DNA of 64,000 nt from Glycera tridactyla (Eukaryota). Both the position numbers and the translations under genes were made by a program. A model generated the notes under the pieces. The model ran no database searches, had not been told where the DNA came from, and worked only from the letters and a program-made list of their open reading frames with translations. Location of the stretch: positions 63,860,001 to 63,924,000 of the forward strand of contig OZ286466.1 of assembly GCA_965644265.1 (NCBI GenBank). The letters run 5' to 3'. Numbering within the stretch: the first letter of the stretch is position 1; the number at the start of each line of letters is the position of its first letter. This document shows, one piece after another, positions 50,178-61,698 of the stretch.

Positions 50178-50493
50178 GTCCAACACCGATGGTCATACCT
50201 TTGTCATCTCCTTTTGTATTGATTACTGTTTCCACCTACTTAAGTCATATGTCATATGTATTATGTCATATGTATTTTGTACTTTTTACAGGAGTGTAAA
50301 TGAGAGTATTCAAATTCAAATTCAGATGCTGATCTGGCAATAGATAGTCACACCTCTGTAATATTTTACTCCCACTGGTATTGATTCCTGTTTCCACTTA
50401 CTTATATCATATGTTGTTGTATTCTGTACTCTGGGCAGGAGTGTAAATGAGAGTATTCAAATGCAAATTCAAATGCTGATCTGGCAATAGATG
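47990..50493. repeat. 1,253-bp near-identical tandem duplication
   Basis: Identical 109-aa ORFs offset by 1,253 nt; GATG shared at 47990, 49243 and 50490; few SNPs and a 6-nt (TA)n length difference. Confidence 0.95.
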
Positions 50494-50537
50494 GCAGCAG
50501 TCCACTGATCCAATCTATCTTCATCTGCCACACTCAC

Positions 50538-51440
50538 CTGTTGATTCGTCTCTGCTGTGATCAATTTCATCCATTCCAGATCATAGCAGCCCGCGATTCG
50601 ACGTAAATGTCCTCTCCGGAACCCATCCACGTAAACACACACAAACATGTACACAATCGTATAAAATGCAGGAAACCGATCAATGGCATACGTAATCAAC
50701 CTCAGCCTATTGCATCAGATGCTGTATACTGCTATATGCCGAAAGCCATGGCGTATGTTGATGTTCACGTGTTCCACTTTTGCAAGACACCCAACGCATC
50801 TGTGATATCTCCAATAGATAATTCTCAACCAAAACACCGCACGATCATATCGTACAGGCAGTCAACCATTACGACATCGCCTCTCAGAATCCATTCGTAC
50901 TCCATGGCAGGGTATTGACACAGTATGAGCCGCAGCGTTGGCGGCTGTCAGGCTGAGTCACCCAGAGCGACATCCTCAATGTGTACGGATCAGGTAGATT
51001 TTCATGTCTCGCATCGGTGTTGATCGGCTGGTGTTGCCATCCTACTAGTTCACCTCGGCAAGTCCAGCACGCACGTGCGCGATGGATGCGGCGGGGAGAC
51101 ACGTGAGCGCGTGAGGTGTCGAAGCCTGCCCATGTCGTGTCGCCTGTTGTCGCTACCAGTTCGCCGACCCCCTCTCTCTCTCCTCGCATATAGTCTCCCG
51201 GGCTCTGAGTGCATGACACGTGGAGGAACCATCATCTATATCAGCAGTATCATAATAATAGGAGATTGCCGCGACATATTCGGGCAGCGGACGAACTATC
51301 AGTATGACGCTGTCGAAAACCTTGAATAGCATCAGATCAGGCAGCGTCGAATGCACACCGAAACATCAACGGGGACGTTACAAATACAATCGCACTATGC
51401 CACAGTGGCCCACAGATGCCATCAGAATACATAATTTCAA
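50538..51440 (-). promoter_or_regulatory. Putative promoter / non-coding first exon of the giant gene
   Basis: Locally CpG- and GC-rich stretch. Consensus minus-strand donor AACAG|GTGAGT at 50538/50537; candidate acceptor ttttattttgcag|G at 38824 upstream of the ATG. No transcript evidence. Confidence 0.3.
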
Positions 51441-54400
51441 TCTTCTTTGTATTGCACAATAGTTCTACCATTATGAGAATATTTGAGTGGTAAATTGAGT
51501 ACCACTGTAGTGCAAACAGCGGTAAAGTGCTCTCACCTTGTTAGAAGATGATCAACACCATATTAGATATATTCCAACTATGGTTTCAATTGATTATCAC
51601 TGCACAACAAAAGTTTCACGGTGGACACTGATTACTACCACGGTGGTTATATTTTTCGCCACAGTGGTATTATTCCCAAGACAGTGCAAAAATGTAGTGT
51701 TAAGGCGAAATTGTTTTTCAAAAAAGTCAGATTTCTCTCATGGAGAGCAGCCACCAATTCGAACCAATTCATTCGGATGATCCTGAATTAATTCACGAAA
51801 CTTTGTAGTCAATTCATAGTATCTTACCAAAAAGTACAGTATACGAGTTTGAATGTGCCAGTGATTGACTTGTACACGGCGACTGTGCTTATGATGAAGC
51901 AAAGCTATAACAACTCACTTTTGGTCCATGATAAACCATGGTTTTCTGTATGACGATTCATTTCCAGATTTGACAGATGATCGGGTATTCATGGTCCTGT
52001 TTTCAGTTTTTCACCAGTATTTGGTTCCAAATGGTTTTCAATGAAAGCAAATGATGACCATGACAGGTTCTGTCCTGAATCGAATCGATTCTCAGAATTT
52101 GCTAAGGGCTTTAATGATTGCTGATGGTTGGTTCCTTAGTGTCTGAAGACAGCTGCTGCAGGTTTGCTCAAAATCGCTCCCTGTTTCCAGACTTCACCTG
52201 TAGTCTAATCACTGTGTGATGTTCCTCATCAAGAGCATCCCCTGGGGTGCCCGGGGAATAATTGGCCCCACGTTTCACTATCCCGTGTCGTAAGAGGCGA
52301 CTAAGTGGGCATCACAGAAATGACACCATGGGTGTGAATTTTCACCTTTCATTTGAGACCCAGACGGAGAAGTCTTGGAAGATCCCACCCATGCCCATTG
52401 CATGGGCGTCACAGATGGTGCTGACGTGACGTTAAACCAGAACAAACCAACCAATCTCATCAAGAGCTGAACAAACTTTCATGCGAACCACCGTCCATGT
52501 CATCTCACCTTTCAACCACTGAAGATGAAGTCATGTAAGAGAAATACAGCTACCAAATTCCATTAAAGGTAAAATGCAGGGAATTATAATCACCTCCACC
52601 TGTGTATAGCCCATGATGATCCCACATTGACCTCACCTAAGCATTATCATCCAAGGCTGGAGTCCAGATATGATGTCATATGTGCTGAACATGGGAGCAA
52701 TTATCCACGCTCTTCACACGTCTGTCTCTACACGTTTGTTTTTTAGATACACTGCCTATGTGAGTATATATAAGTATATGTTTACCTATCCGTCTGTTTC
52801 CATCACACTCTCCAAAATGTTACTATCCTTTCAAACATTCTCTCCATTACTATCTCTGCATATTGTTCGCTGATTTACTATATATCTGTTCCGAATCTAC
52901 CACTCTACTGTTTCCAATTGATTGTCAATATCGTTTTACTTAAGTTATTTGATTTCTATTATTCCATATCATATGTCTTACGGGCCAATGAGTCATGGAT
53001 AGAAAATCATTACGAACAAAACAGTGAGTCCTTTGATTGTATATTCGCTAGGCATTGCTTGCATTGGCCATAGCTGCTGACCTGCTTGGCAAGAAGTATA
53101 ACATCGCCAAAGAGTTACGACCAGCTACCGAGATATATAGCAGTCGATGGATGCATTTTGAAGGCTGTTTCCAGGGACATTGATATATCCTATTCCACCA
53201 GAATGATAGCGGTTTGAATTGAATACAATGGTGATGAGGATATTATTGGTTTCCGTGGACTGGCAGTTTACCAGGAAGCTAATTCATCATTTCCGTTTTG
53301 CCCTACATTATCCATCACACCGGCGTTATATTACCTGAGGCCATGAAAGGNNNNNNNNNNNNNNNNNNNNNNNNNNNNNNNNNNNNNNNNNNNNNNNNNN
53401 NNNNNNNNNNNNNNNNNNNNNNNNNNNNNNNNNNNNNNNNNNNNNNNNNNNNNNNNNNNNNNNNNNNNNNNNNNNNNNNNGTCATCAACATTACCATCAT
53501 CATCATCATCATTATTGGAAGGTTGAGATGTATCGGAATCTGTCTTACTATTCGTATGCGAAATCTTTGGTGATAATATGTGAAGTATTGTTATAATCAT
53601 CATCACATCTACCATACACCTTGTCATCTAACACCGGCATCATATAGCTAAAGTTGATACTAAATAGATGTTCTGTCCACATGGAATCGCACCCGACGGG
53701 GTGCATATGTTGTTTTATACTTTGTCCGATGTAGATGACGAACAAAAACAAAGAATCAGGCATACAAATGTTAACTCATTGCCAACGGAATAGGCTCTGA
53801 TAACCAAATGCGGATGTATGCCTGTATATACGTTCTACGATATAGAATAAAGTATGATTGAATTGAATTGAATTAAATGATGTGGGTTGCGTTCAGGCTA
53901 GGTGATGAAGCATTTGCATCCCGCCACCATGGTTCCCATCTTACCCACCACAACATACATCGGGGGGGGGGGGGGGCGTCATGCCTACCTTAATCGCTTT
54001 TCCATCGTTGTTGCGAAACAATGACCACTTGTGATACAATACTCAAGTCTGGCATAATCCATTCATCCATAATCCTCTCATAGCTTTTATCCTGGCAACA
54101 GGGTCGATAGCATCCGTTGGGCATTGTTCTACCGTTTCTCTCCAGTTGCTTGAGTGCCAATGTTCTGCATTTTGCTCAACAGATGAGGGTAATCATCGAT
54201 TGAGATGACATAATCCATTTCGGAATTTATGTAATACCTGATTGCTCTTGATATTAGTAAATTACCAGAAGATAATGGGCACGTGACCTGGAACACATGG
54301 GAAGCATTATGGGTATGGGGATCTCGAGGTGTGAAAATGAACACTATGAGGTCTAGAATTTGTTCCGAGCAAACCTTAACGCCAACATTCGTTCATTGGA

Positions 54401-54779
54401 AGTAGCTCTCCTGATTTTGTTTTCTCCACGGGTCAGTAACTCACGTGGAGGTATGATATGCAGTATTTGTTTTGTTTTGTTTTATAACTTCTATTTTATA
54501 TCGTCATCTTCATTTATACACATATACAGATGTGTACTTCTTCAGAGTAACGAATACATAATTCAAAATACAATACGAACTCCTGTACGGAAGAAATAGT
54601 ACTTGTACTTCCGACAGGAGTATAATTGCAAATAAATGAAAAAAAAAAGAAAAAAAAACGCATGGGATGAAATGAAATATACAATGAGTTGAGTGACGTG
54701 AGATGAGTGAGATGAGGATGAGATGATGTGATCCATCAAAGTAGTATGTGAGAAAAAAACCATTACAAACATTTTCAGA

Positions 54780-55003
54780 AACCCCCTCCAGGTTTATTCA
54801 TTTAACCTGGATGTTAATACCTACCTGTCTCTCCCTCAAATTATGCATCCCCCATGCCTAACCATCTACGCTCGAACTTCACAACCATAGTAAAAAAGAA
54901 TGCCCCCAGATGGACCTCCCCTTATCCCCGCATACAGAGACGCTTATCGGCGCTCTGTTGGAACTAAGCTCGGCGCAACTGCGCAGGCTCAACTCGTATT
55001 TTC
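54780..55003 (-). repeat. DIRS 3' ITR (54813-55003) plus 33-nt terminal extension (54780-54812)
   Basis: Inverted copy of 61418-61609; the extension is absent from the 5' ITR but copied in the ICR. Confidence 0.93.
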
Positions 55004-55039
55004 ACAACAATCAGCGGGGATGGAAGGGAGGAAATATCT

Positions 55040-55136
55040 TTTGAGGGAGAGACAGGTAGGTATTAACATCCAGGTTAAATGAATAAACCTGGAGGGGGTT
55101 AATACCAACCCTGTCTCTCCCTCAAATTATGCATCC
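55040..55136. repeat. DIRS internal complementary region (ICR)
   Basis: 55040-55100 is the exact reverse complement of 54780-54840; 55099-55136 is the reverse complement of 61571-61608 (3 mismatches); junction reads GGAGGGG-GTT-AATACC. Confidence 0.93.
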
Positions 55137-55285
55137 GCATATAACACGGATGGAGGGATAATTCTTTTCACCTTCAGATTCCTCATAATAAAATTATGAG
55201 ACTATATCAATTAATATATACATAAGACCTATATGTATATATATATATATATATATATCAACACAACACCCTATCCTAAAATGTC

Positions 55286-58053
55286 TCAACTCATATCTGG
55301 TGGTGAGACGACTGTCTGGCCAGCCACTATTGGACCCAGCGAATATAGGTCCAATGCTTGGCCACACATATCTCTCGGGTAGTGTGCTGTGAATGTGTTT
55401 CCAGACCGCCAGTATGCAGCCTGCATAATGTCGTTAATAGAAGATGCCCTATTAAAAGCTCTCCAGGATGAAGATAGGGCGTGAATCTCATGGGCTGACA
55501 CGCCCTGCTCTACTTGAGAACCTAAGCTCCCCATTTCATGAGCTGTAATGATTATTGATTGTAATCATTTTGATATCTGATCTGCTCTTATCTCAGTAGA
55601 TGATCTACTTGAAATGGGAATAAACAATCGACGACGGTCTGCTCGATGCTCTACCACCTTCCTCAAATATATTTTCAAAGTTCTCACTGGACATAATGAT
55701 ATCTGATCCCGATGAGAACCTGGAATTGCTGGAATTTCCACAGATGGACTTTCCTTATCTGGTGGCTGGTTCTTAGCCAAAAAACCTGGCATCATTGTTA
55801 GGATAACCTTCGAAAAGGATCTAGTGAATCTCACTGCTTCCGGGTCTCCTGATAGTGCATGTAACTCACTGCGTCTCCTCCCTGATGCTAAAGCAATGAG
55901 AAAAACCGTCTTGAGAGTCAATGATCCCAAATCTGCACTCTCTGAAGGCTCAAATCGATCAGTAGACAGATACCTCAAAACTGCAGGTAAATTCCAAGAA
56001 GGGACAATCTTCTTGACTACTGGTCTTTTGAGTGAAAGGTTTCTAAACAAATCCTTGATATCTTTGCTATCTAAAATGTTGCAATCATAGTGATCCAAAA
56101 CAGATTTGATAGCTGATCTGAATCCTTTCAAAGTCTCTAAAGACTTTCCTTGATCCCATTGGGACAGGAGGAAATTTACCACTAATGGTAAAGAAGGACT
56201 GGTCGGATCAGACTTATTGCTCCGACAGCACTGGTACCATATCTCCCATTTAGCATCGTACACTCTCTTGGTAGAGGCTCTATTTGGATCTGATATTCTG
56301 CGGACTGCCTCAACTGAGTAGCCCTTACTCCTAGGGGCATTCCTGATAAACACCAGGCGTGAAGGTTTAGAACCTGAGGGCGGCGATGGTACATTCTCCT
56401 CCCCTTCACGACCTGGGTCAGAATATTCCTTGGTACTGGTTCTATTGGATTCAGGATTGACAGTTCCAACAGATCCGGGAACCAGGCCTGATTTGGCCAC
56501 CATGGGGCAACACATATAAGAATCAGGTCTAGTTCCCTCAATTTGTTCAGAACCTCCCTGACCAATGCTGTTGGAGGGAAAATATAGGCCACGTGGAAGT
56601 AGTTCCACTGGGCCAATAAGGCATCTACCCCCAGTGCTGCCGGGTCTGGAACTGGGCTTATAAAAACTGGTGACTTCTTGTTGCTGTGAGTCGCCATCAG
56701 GTCCACCACTGGACTCACTTGAAACTTTGCTATGACTGCCTGGAATACAGAGGTCTCTAGTTCCCATTCTGTCTGGACTGGCTCTGCTCTTGAAAGGGAG
56801 TCTGCTACGACGTTCCTCTTTCCTGGTATATGATGGATCTTGAGAACCATATTCAATTAGCATCAGAATCTGCCAAGCGAGGCCACACAGAAACAAACTG
56901 TGTGTCCCCCCTTGGTTTTTCAAGTATGCTACTGCAGTAGCATTGTCCGATAGAACTAACACTACTTTCCCCTCGACTATGTTGGAGAATGATTTCAGAG
57001 CTAACAGGACAGCTTCCGACTCTAGTGAGTTTATTGATCTGTCCTGGTAGTCCAGAGACCACTTTCCTGATACGTGGTCTCTCGTTTGTTCCTCCACAAT
57101 ACTTGCTCCCCAGCCTGACAGTGATGCATCTGTTGTCATAGTCATTTCCGGCTCTGGGAAAACTAGTGGAACCCCCTGCTCTTGTGTTCTTTCTGTTGTA
57201 CCACCAGTTTAGGATCTGTATAATTTCTGGGGGAAGAGTAATTGGCTTTTCCAGACTGTCCGATACCGGTTTCCACTGACTTAAAAGACATGGTTGTATT
57301 GGGCACATGTGCAGTCTGCCCAGATTGATATAATCTGACAGGCTGGACATGTGCCCCAACAATTTCAACACTGCTCTCGCGGGCTGAACCGTTATTCTCT
57401 TGAATAAGCGTATGCATCCTTCCAACCTCTCTATCCTCTTGAGGTTTGGAAGAACTCTCTGATCTAGAGTATTGAATTTCACTCCCAGATATACAAAACT
57501 TTGTCGGGGAACTAGTTCTGACTTGTCGTGATTTATGATCCAACCTAACTCTGTTGCCAGTTCCATTGTAAATTCGAGTTGTTGGATTAGGATTGACGGA
57601 TCCTGGTGACGGATCAACCAATCGTCGAGGTATAAGTGTATCTTTATACCTTGCATATGTAGATGGTGCGCCATCTCTCTTAGAACCATCGTGAAGATGT
57701 GATGAGCAGAGCACAGGCCGAATGGCAGGGCCCGAAATTGGTATGCTCTGTCCTTTGAAATCGCAAATCTGAGAAACTTCTGATGGTCCTTCCTCACTGG
57801 GACGTGAAAGTATGCGTCCCGTAGATCGATTGAGACTGTCCAATCTCCGGGTAGCACTGATTTCACAACTGATCTCACCATTTCCATTTTGAATTTTTGG
57901 TTGAACAATAATCTGTTCAAAGGCTTCAGGTTTATTACGGGTCTGAAACCCCCTGAAGCTTTCGCAACCAAAAACAGGTTGCTGTAGAATCCTGCCTCCA
58001 CTCCTGGATCTAGAGGAACAATTGCCCCTTTTTCCAACATCTTTTGAATTTAT
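55286..58053 (-). pseudogene. DIRS ORF3: tyrosine recombinase (recognisable domains about 56330-55286) with long N-terminal overlap of ORF2
   Basis: SAM-like N-domain (ASTKRVYDAKW...FRSAI), LALASGRRRSELHAL, FLAKN, LCPVR, HEIH (HxxR site), W.S..TF..HY; premature TGA at 55565-55567. Confidence 0.9.
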
Positions 58054-58260
58054 TCATGTAGCGCCTTGTGCTTCGCGCTTCCTTTTACAGGACCTGAGAA
58101 CGGTAAAAAAGTTTCTGATAGGGTTGGACTTAGACGGAATTGGAGTGTCAGTCCTTCTGTTATAATGTTCAAAATGAAACGGTTGTTTGTCAGTCTTTTC
58201 CATGCTGGAATGAACTTCTCCAGCCTGGCACCCACTTTGTCTAAGAGTGGCGCTCGCCTC
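56182..58260 (-). pseudogene. DIRS ORF2: reverse transcriptase + RNase H + Dam-like adenine methyltransferase domain
   Basis: VGARL..F..AW; IDLRDAYFHVPV; LPFGL; YLDDWL; TDAS..GWG; SDNATAVAYL; HIPGKRNVVADSLSR; VDLMAT..N, YIFPP, APWWPNQAWF. In-frame TAA at about 58050-58052; +1 frameshifts at about 57175 and 56857. Confidence 0.92.
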
Positions 58261-58261
58261 C

Positions 58262-61089
58262 CTAGGGCCGGTGGCCTCTGCCACGGCCTCCTCTCCCAGA
58301 GGGTCTTCTGTCACCTCTTGATTCATGAGATTGTTACTGAGTAGGCTGACTCTCTGTGGACTCATTCTTAGTAGAATTGCCTCTACCTCTGGCTCTACCA
58401 CGAGTGGCTCCCCCTCGTGATCTGTTAGCTGACTTTGACTGGAAATGAGAATAATCCTTCTGAGCTGATTTATCCTTATTGCCTGCAAATCCCAATCAGA
58501 AATCATAGTCTAGATTCCTCTTACGCTTAGATCTCTCTTGGGACTTTGAGGCCGCCTCGTCCAGATGTCCCCCAAAGAGAAATTTCTGTCCCAGGGGAAC
58601 AGACCTTAGCTGGGCCTTTGCAATGTCGTCAACTGGAACCGTCTTCAGAGCCAAATCTCATCTTGCTAGTTCCATATTTGCTGCCACCTTTGCTATCAGC
58701 ATAGAGACATGTTCTAGAGCCTTGAGGCCTATGTTCATGGCCCTGTCTGCTTTCTCAGCTCGATCTTCCATGTCCTCGAATTCTGGCTGAGTAGCTTTGA
58801 GACCTGCTGCTAAAGCTAAATCAGCATATGACATAACTTTAAGCGCCTCACGTACCATAAACTCTTCTGATGATGGTTTAAGCTCCTGTTTACTGGTTCT
58901 TCCGAACCCATAGTAATCTTCATCTATCAGTGGAGGGGACACAATGTATCCTTCTGATTTCTCTTCAGTCTGTCTAATTCTGTACACCCTCTGGTTACAA
59001 CCTGGTATCAGGAGAAAATCGATTTAAATGAGCGCGATAAAGCTTCTGCTGTACCACTATTCCCCTCAACAAACGATTCCAGGGCTGCATTGGTGGGGTT
59101 TGTTGGTTGAGCTTTTTCTCTGGCTTGCAATGATCTGTCTAGAAACATTTGTACATTAGTCAATATCGGTGATAAGGGCAATGACAAGTCTATCATCTTC
59201 TGCACCTCTGTCGTTCTACTAGACTCTTCGAAGGATTCATTCATCTCATTGTAGGCAGCACTGAACTTCCCAACTACTGACGGATCTGGTTGCCCTATGT
59301 ACTGTGTTAGTACCTCCAATGCAAACCTTCTGAATGACACCATCTTCCTATTTGGAACAGATTTCTCTGTTTCCTCTTCCTAATCTGGGGTAACTACTGA
59401 GATGTCTCTTCCTGATGTGAATTCCTCCCTCATTTCTAACATTTCAGATCTCAAACATTGCACTAAAGCTCTCGTAGAAACATCCTCTTGCTGAGACCAC
59501 CCCCTATTACCCATTAGTGGTGCTGCAACTGGAGCAGGAGGTGCTTGAGGTGGATCTACGGACACAGTTGCCAGAGTATTCTTGCTCTTCAATCTATCCC
59601 ACCAAGTCTTCTTCTTAGGTATAGTATCATGGTCCTTTGAGAGTACAATCTTTGTCTTTCTCAAATTTTCTTTTAGATCGACTTGGCCAGTATGCCCGGT
59701 ATGCCCGGTCTGCCGTTCCTGTTCTCTCGTGTCTCTTTTCATCTGATGGGACACACTGACTCTTGCGATACTATCTGATCCAAAGACTGATCCTTGCAAT
59801 GTCCTATGCCCGGTGCCTGGTGTCTGGTGCCCGGTAATTGCCCCGAGTTCCCTGCAGTTGTTTGTTTATTTGAGTCTGGTGAGATGTCACGCTCTAAATC
59901 ATTATCAGAGGAATCCATGATAATAACTTCATCTGGTTCTCCTAAGATTCCAGTTGAACTAGCAGGGTTCTCATCTCCTTGATGCCCGGTACCTGCATAG
60001 TGCCCGGTGCCCGTACATCAGAATGTGAGATGTTATTAGTACACATAACTGCACATGAATCACCGGCGCTAGATGGTACTATGCCCGGTGCCCGGTGCTG
60101 TGTCTGTGATGTGTCTGCACGGGGGCCACCTGCACTAGATTGTGCTATGCCCGGTGCCCGGTGTTGTGTTTGTGATGTCTCTGCACGGGGTCCACCTGCG
60201 CTAGATTGTACTATGCCCGGTGCCCTTGCTGTGTCTGTGACGTGTCTGGTACATCAACCAATGTACGGGGATCGTCGGCGCTAGTATGAACTATGCCCGG
60301 CGCCCGGTGCTCAGATTCTTCTACTGGAAGGGGTATCTGAGAGGAATCTCCTCCAGTGCTCGATGCCTGATCCGAGTCGAAAAACAGGTCTCTCACTAAA
60401 CACACTATCTTAGACTCAGTTCTCGGAGGAGAATAATGTAACTGGCTCAATGAAACATCCAGTCCCTCATTCTCTAACTCATCCATTGCTGAACCTTTTG
60501 AATCGTTAGAGTTTCTAGTACTACCTCTGCCTCTCCTCGCTTTCTGCAATCGAGGTGTACTTGTAATGATGGGGATCTTAGTTCGCAGGCATAATGGACC
60601 AAGTGGGGATCTGAAAGAAAAACTTTGTGACCACTCTGAACCCTCACTATCATTCAAGTTCTGATTTTCCACCTTTGACATGAGTTTGGATTTAGATGTG
60701 GAACCTGGCTCCGATTTGACAGACCTCTTAGTGGGAGACTTTGAAGCTTGTTTAAAATCTTTCCTAGATGCACGAGCTGCCTGAGCATCTCCCTCTTTTC
60801 CTGCTGCTACCACTGATTTCAAATCTCTGACTAACAGGATACGAGGCGATCTGTTAGCAATGTCAGGAGTTGGTAATTCAGCAGAACGGGATTGTGCATA
60901 TCCACGGGTCTTGTACGCACGTCTGCCATAATGTTTCTTCCAGATGGCTGGTGTCCACTTATCCCAGACATCACAGACCACCTCCTCCCCAAATTCGTCT
61001 CTGCCCTTCCCACAAGAACAACAAGAAGGACACTGCGTGTGTTTGTCCCATGCCGCCACAAAATGGCCACATTCTCCACGGGACGACAT
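58262..61089 (-). pseudogene. DIRS ORF1 (gag-like), broken by frameshifts and stops
   Basis: N-terminal Cys/His cluster (ECGHFVAAWDKHTQCPSC), central repeats, C-terminal LAR*DLAL...LRSVPL...FLFG and RGG-rich tail; split across ORF-track pieces at 60211, 59380, 59008 and 58658. Confidence 0.75.
59690..60310. repeat. TGCCCGG-rich repeats in DIRS gag, including about 3 copies of a 66-bp unit
   Basis: atgcccggtgcccggtgctgtgtctgtgatgtgtctgcacggggg... at 60081, 60147 and 60213; reads HRAPGIxQSSAGGPRAxTSQTQ on the minus strand. Confidence 0.85.
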
Positions 61090-61417
61090 AATATACAATT
61101 GTCAATATCAATGAAGTATTCAAGCTGAAATGATATGAAAATCACAGACTAGCAAGCTAGTCATTTCAAACGTCAGTATACAGCAATACAGTTCATGTAA
61201 GGTAACGGCGGAGCACGTGTGAGCGCGCTCCACACACAAGTTCCACTCGGCGCTCCCGGAAAGCTCAATCGTCTCTCTAACACCCTACAGAGTAGTCCGA
61301 AATGTAGCGAAGCTTATCCTAAGTAGCACTAAGCGCGTAGATGGTGATTAGACTGAGAAATCCAACGATATTCTCTGGAGAATTCTCTTCGATGACCGTT
61401 AGCAATGGCCGCAAAAA

Positions 61418-61609
61418 GAAAATACGAGTTGAGCCTGCGCAGTTTCGCCGAGCTTAGTTCCAACAGAGTGCCGATAAGCGTCTCTGTATGCAGGGATAAG
61501 GGGAGGTCCATCTGGGGGCATTCTTTTTCACTATTGTTGTTAAGTTCGAGCGTACGTGGTTAGGCATGGGGGATGCATAATTTGAGTGAGAGACAGGGAC
61601 GGTATTAAC
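61418..61609 (-). repeat. DIRS 5' ITR (192 bp)
   Basis: Reverse complement of 54813-55003; about 9 substitutions plus one small mismatch/indel block counted by eye. Confidence 0.93.
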
Positions 61610-61698
61610 TATGCTAGTTGATACCGATTCCGCTTAAATAGTGGATATATAGCAATTATATTCTCTTGACAAACTTTTTGAAAGCCATTCGTGGCATG

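Larger units (their letters stand above)
2522..53480. other. Twelve assembly gaps: 2522-2882, 2975-3188, 3662-3806, 8784-8929, 10654-11395, 25661-25814, 26287-26603, 31667-31901, 32198-32335, 38891-39025, 39616-39779, 53351-53480
   Basis: Runs of N, several flanked by microsatellites. Confidence 0.99.
54780..61609 (-). mobile_element. Full-length DIRS1-like tyrosine-recombinase retrotransposon (6,830 bp), coding-defective
   Basis: Inverted terminal repeats, 33-nt 3' extension, ICR complementary to both ends, gag / RT-RH-MT / YR order, GTT trinucleotide at both ends (element strand). Confidence 0.95.

Noticed and set aside
44060-52310. SINE-like snippets at about 44060-44200 and 52230-52310
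   Set aside because: Single copies in the window, with no verifiable boxes, tails or TSDs.
2285-53627. Many track ORFs with long X runs
   Set aside because: They are open only because they span N-gaps.
55565-57145. 526-aa ORF as a genuine RNaseH-YR fusion protein
   Set aside because: Produced by a frameshift at about 56857 joining two overlapping DIRS frames.
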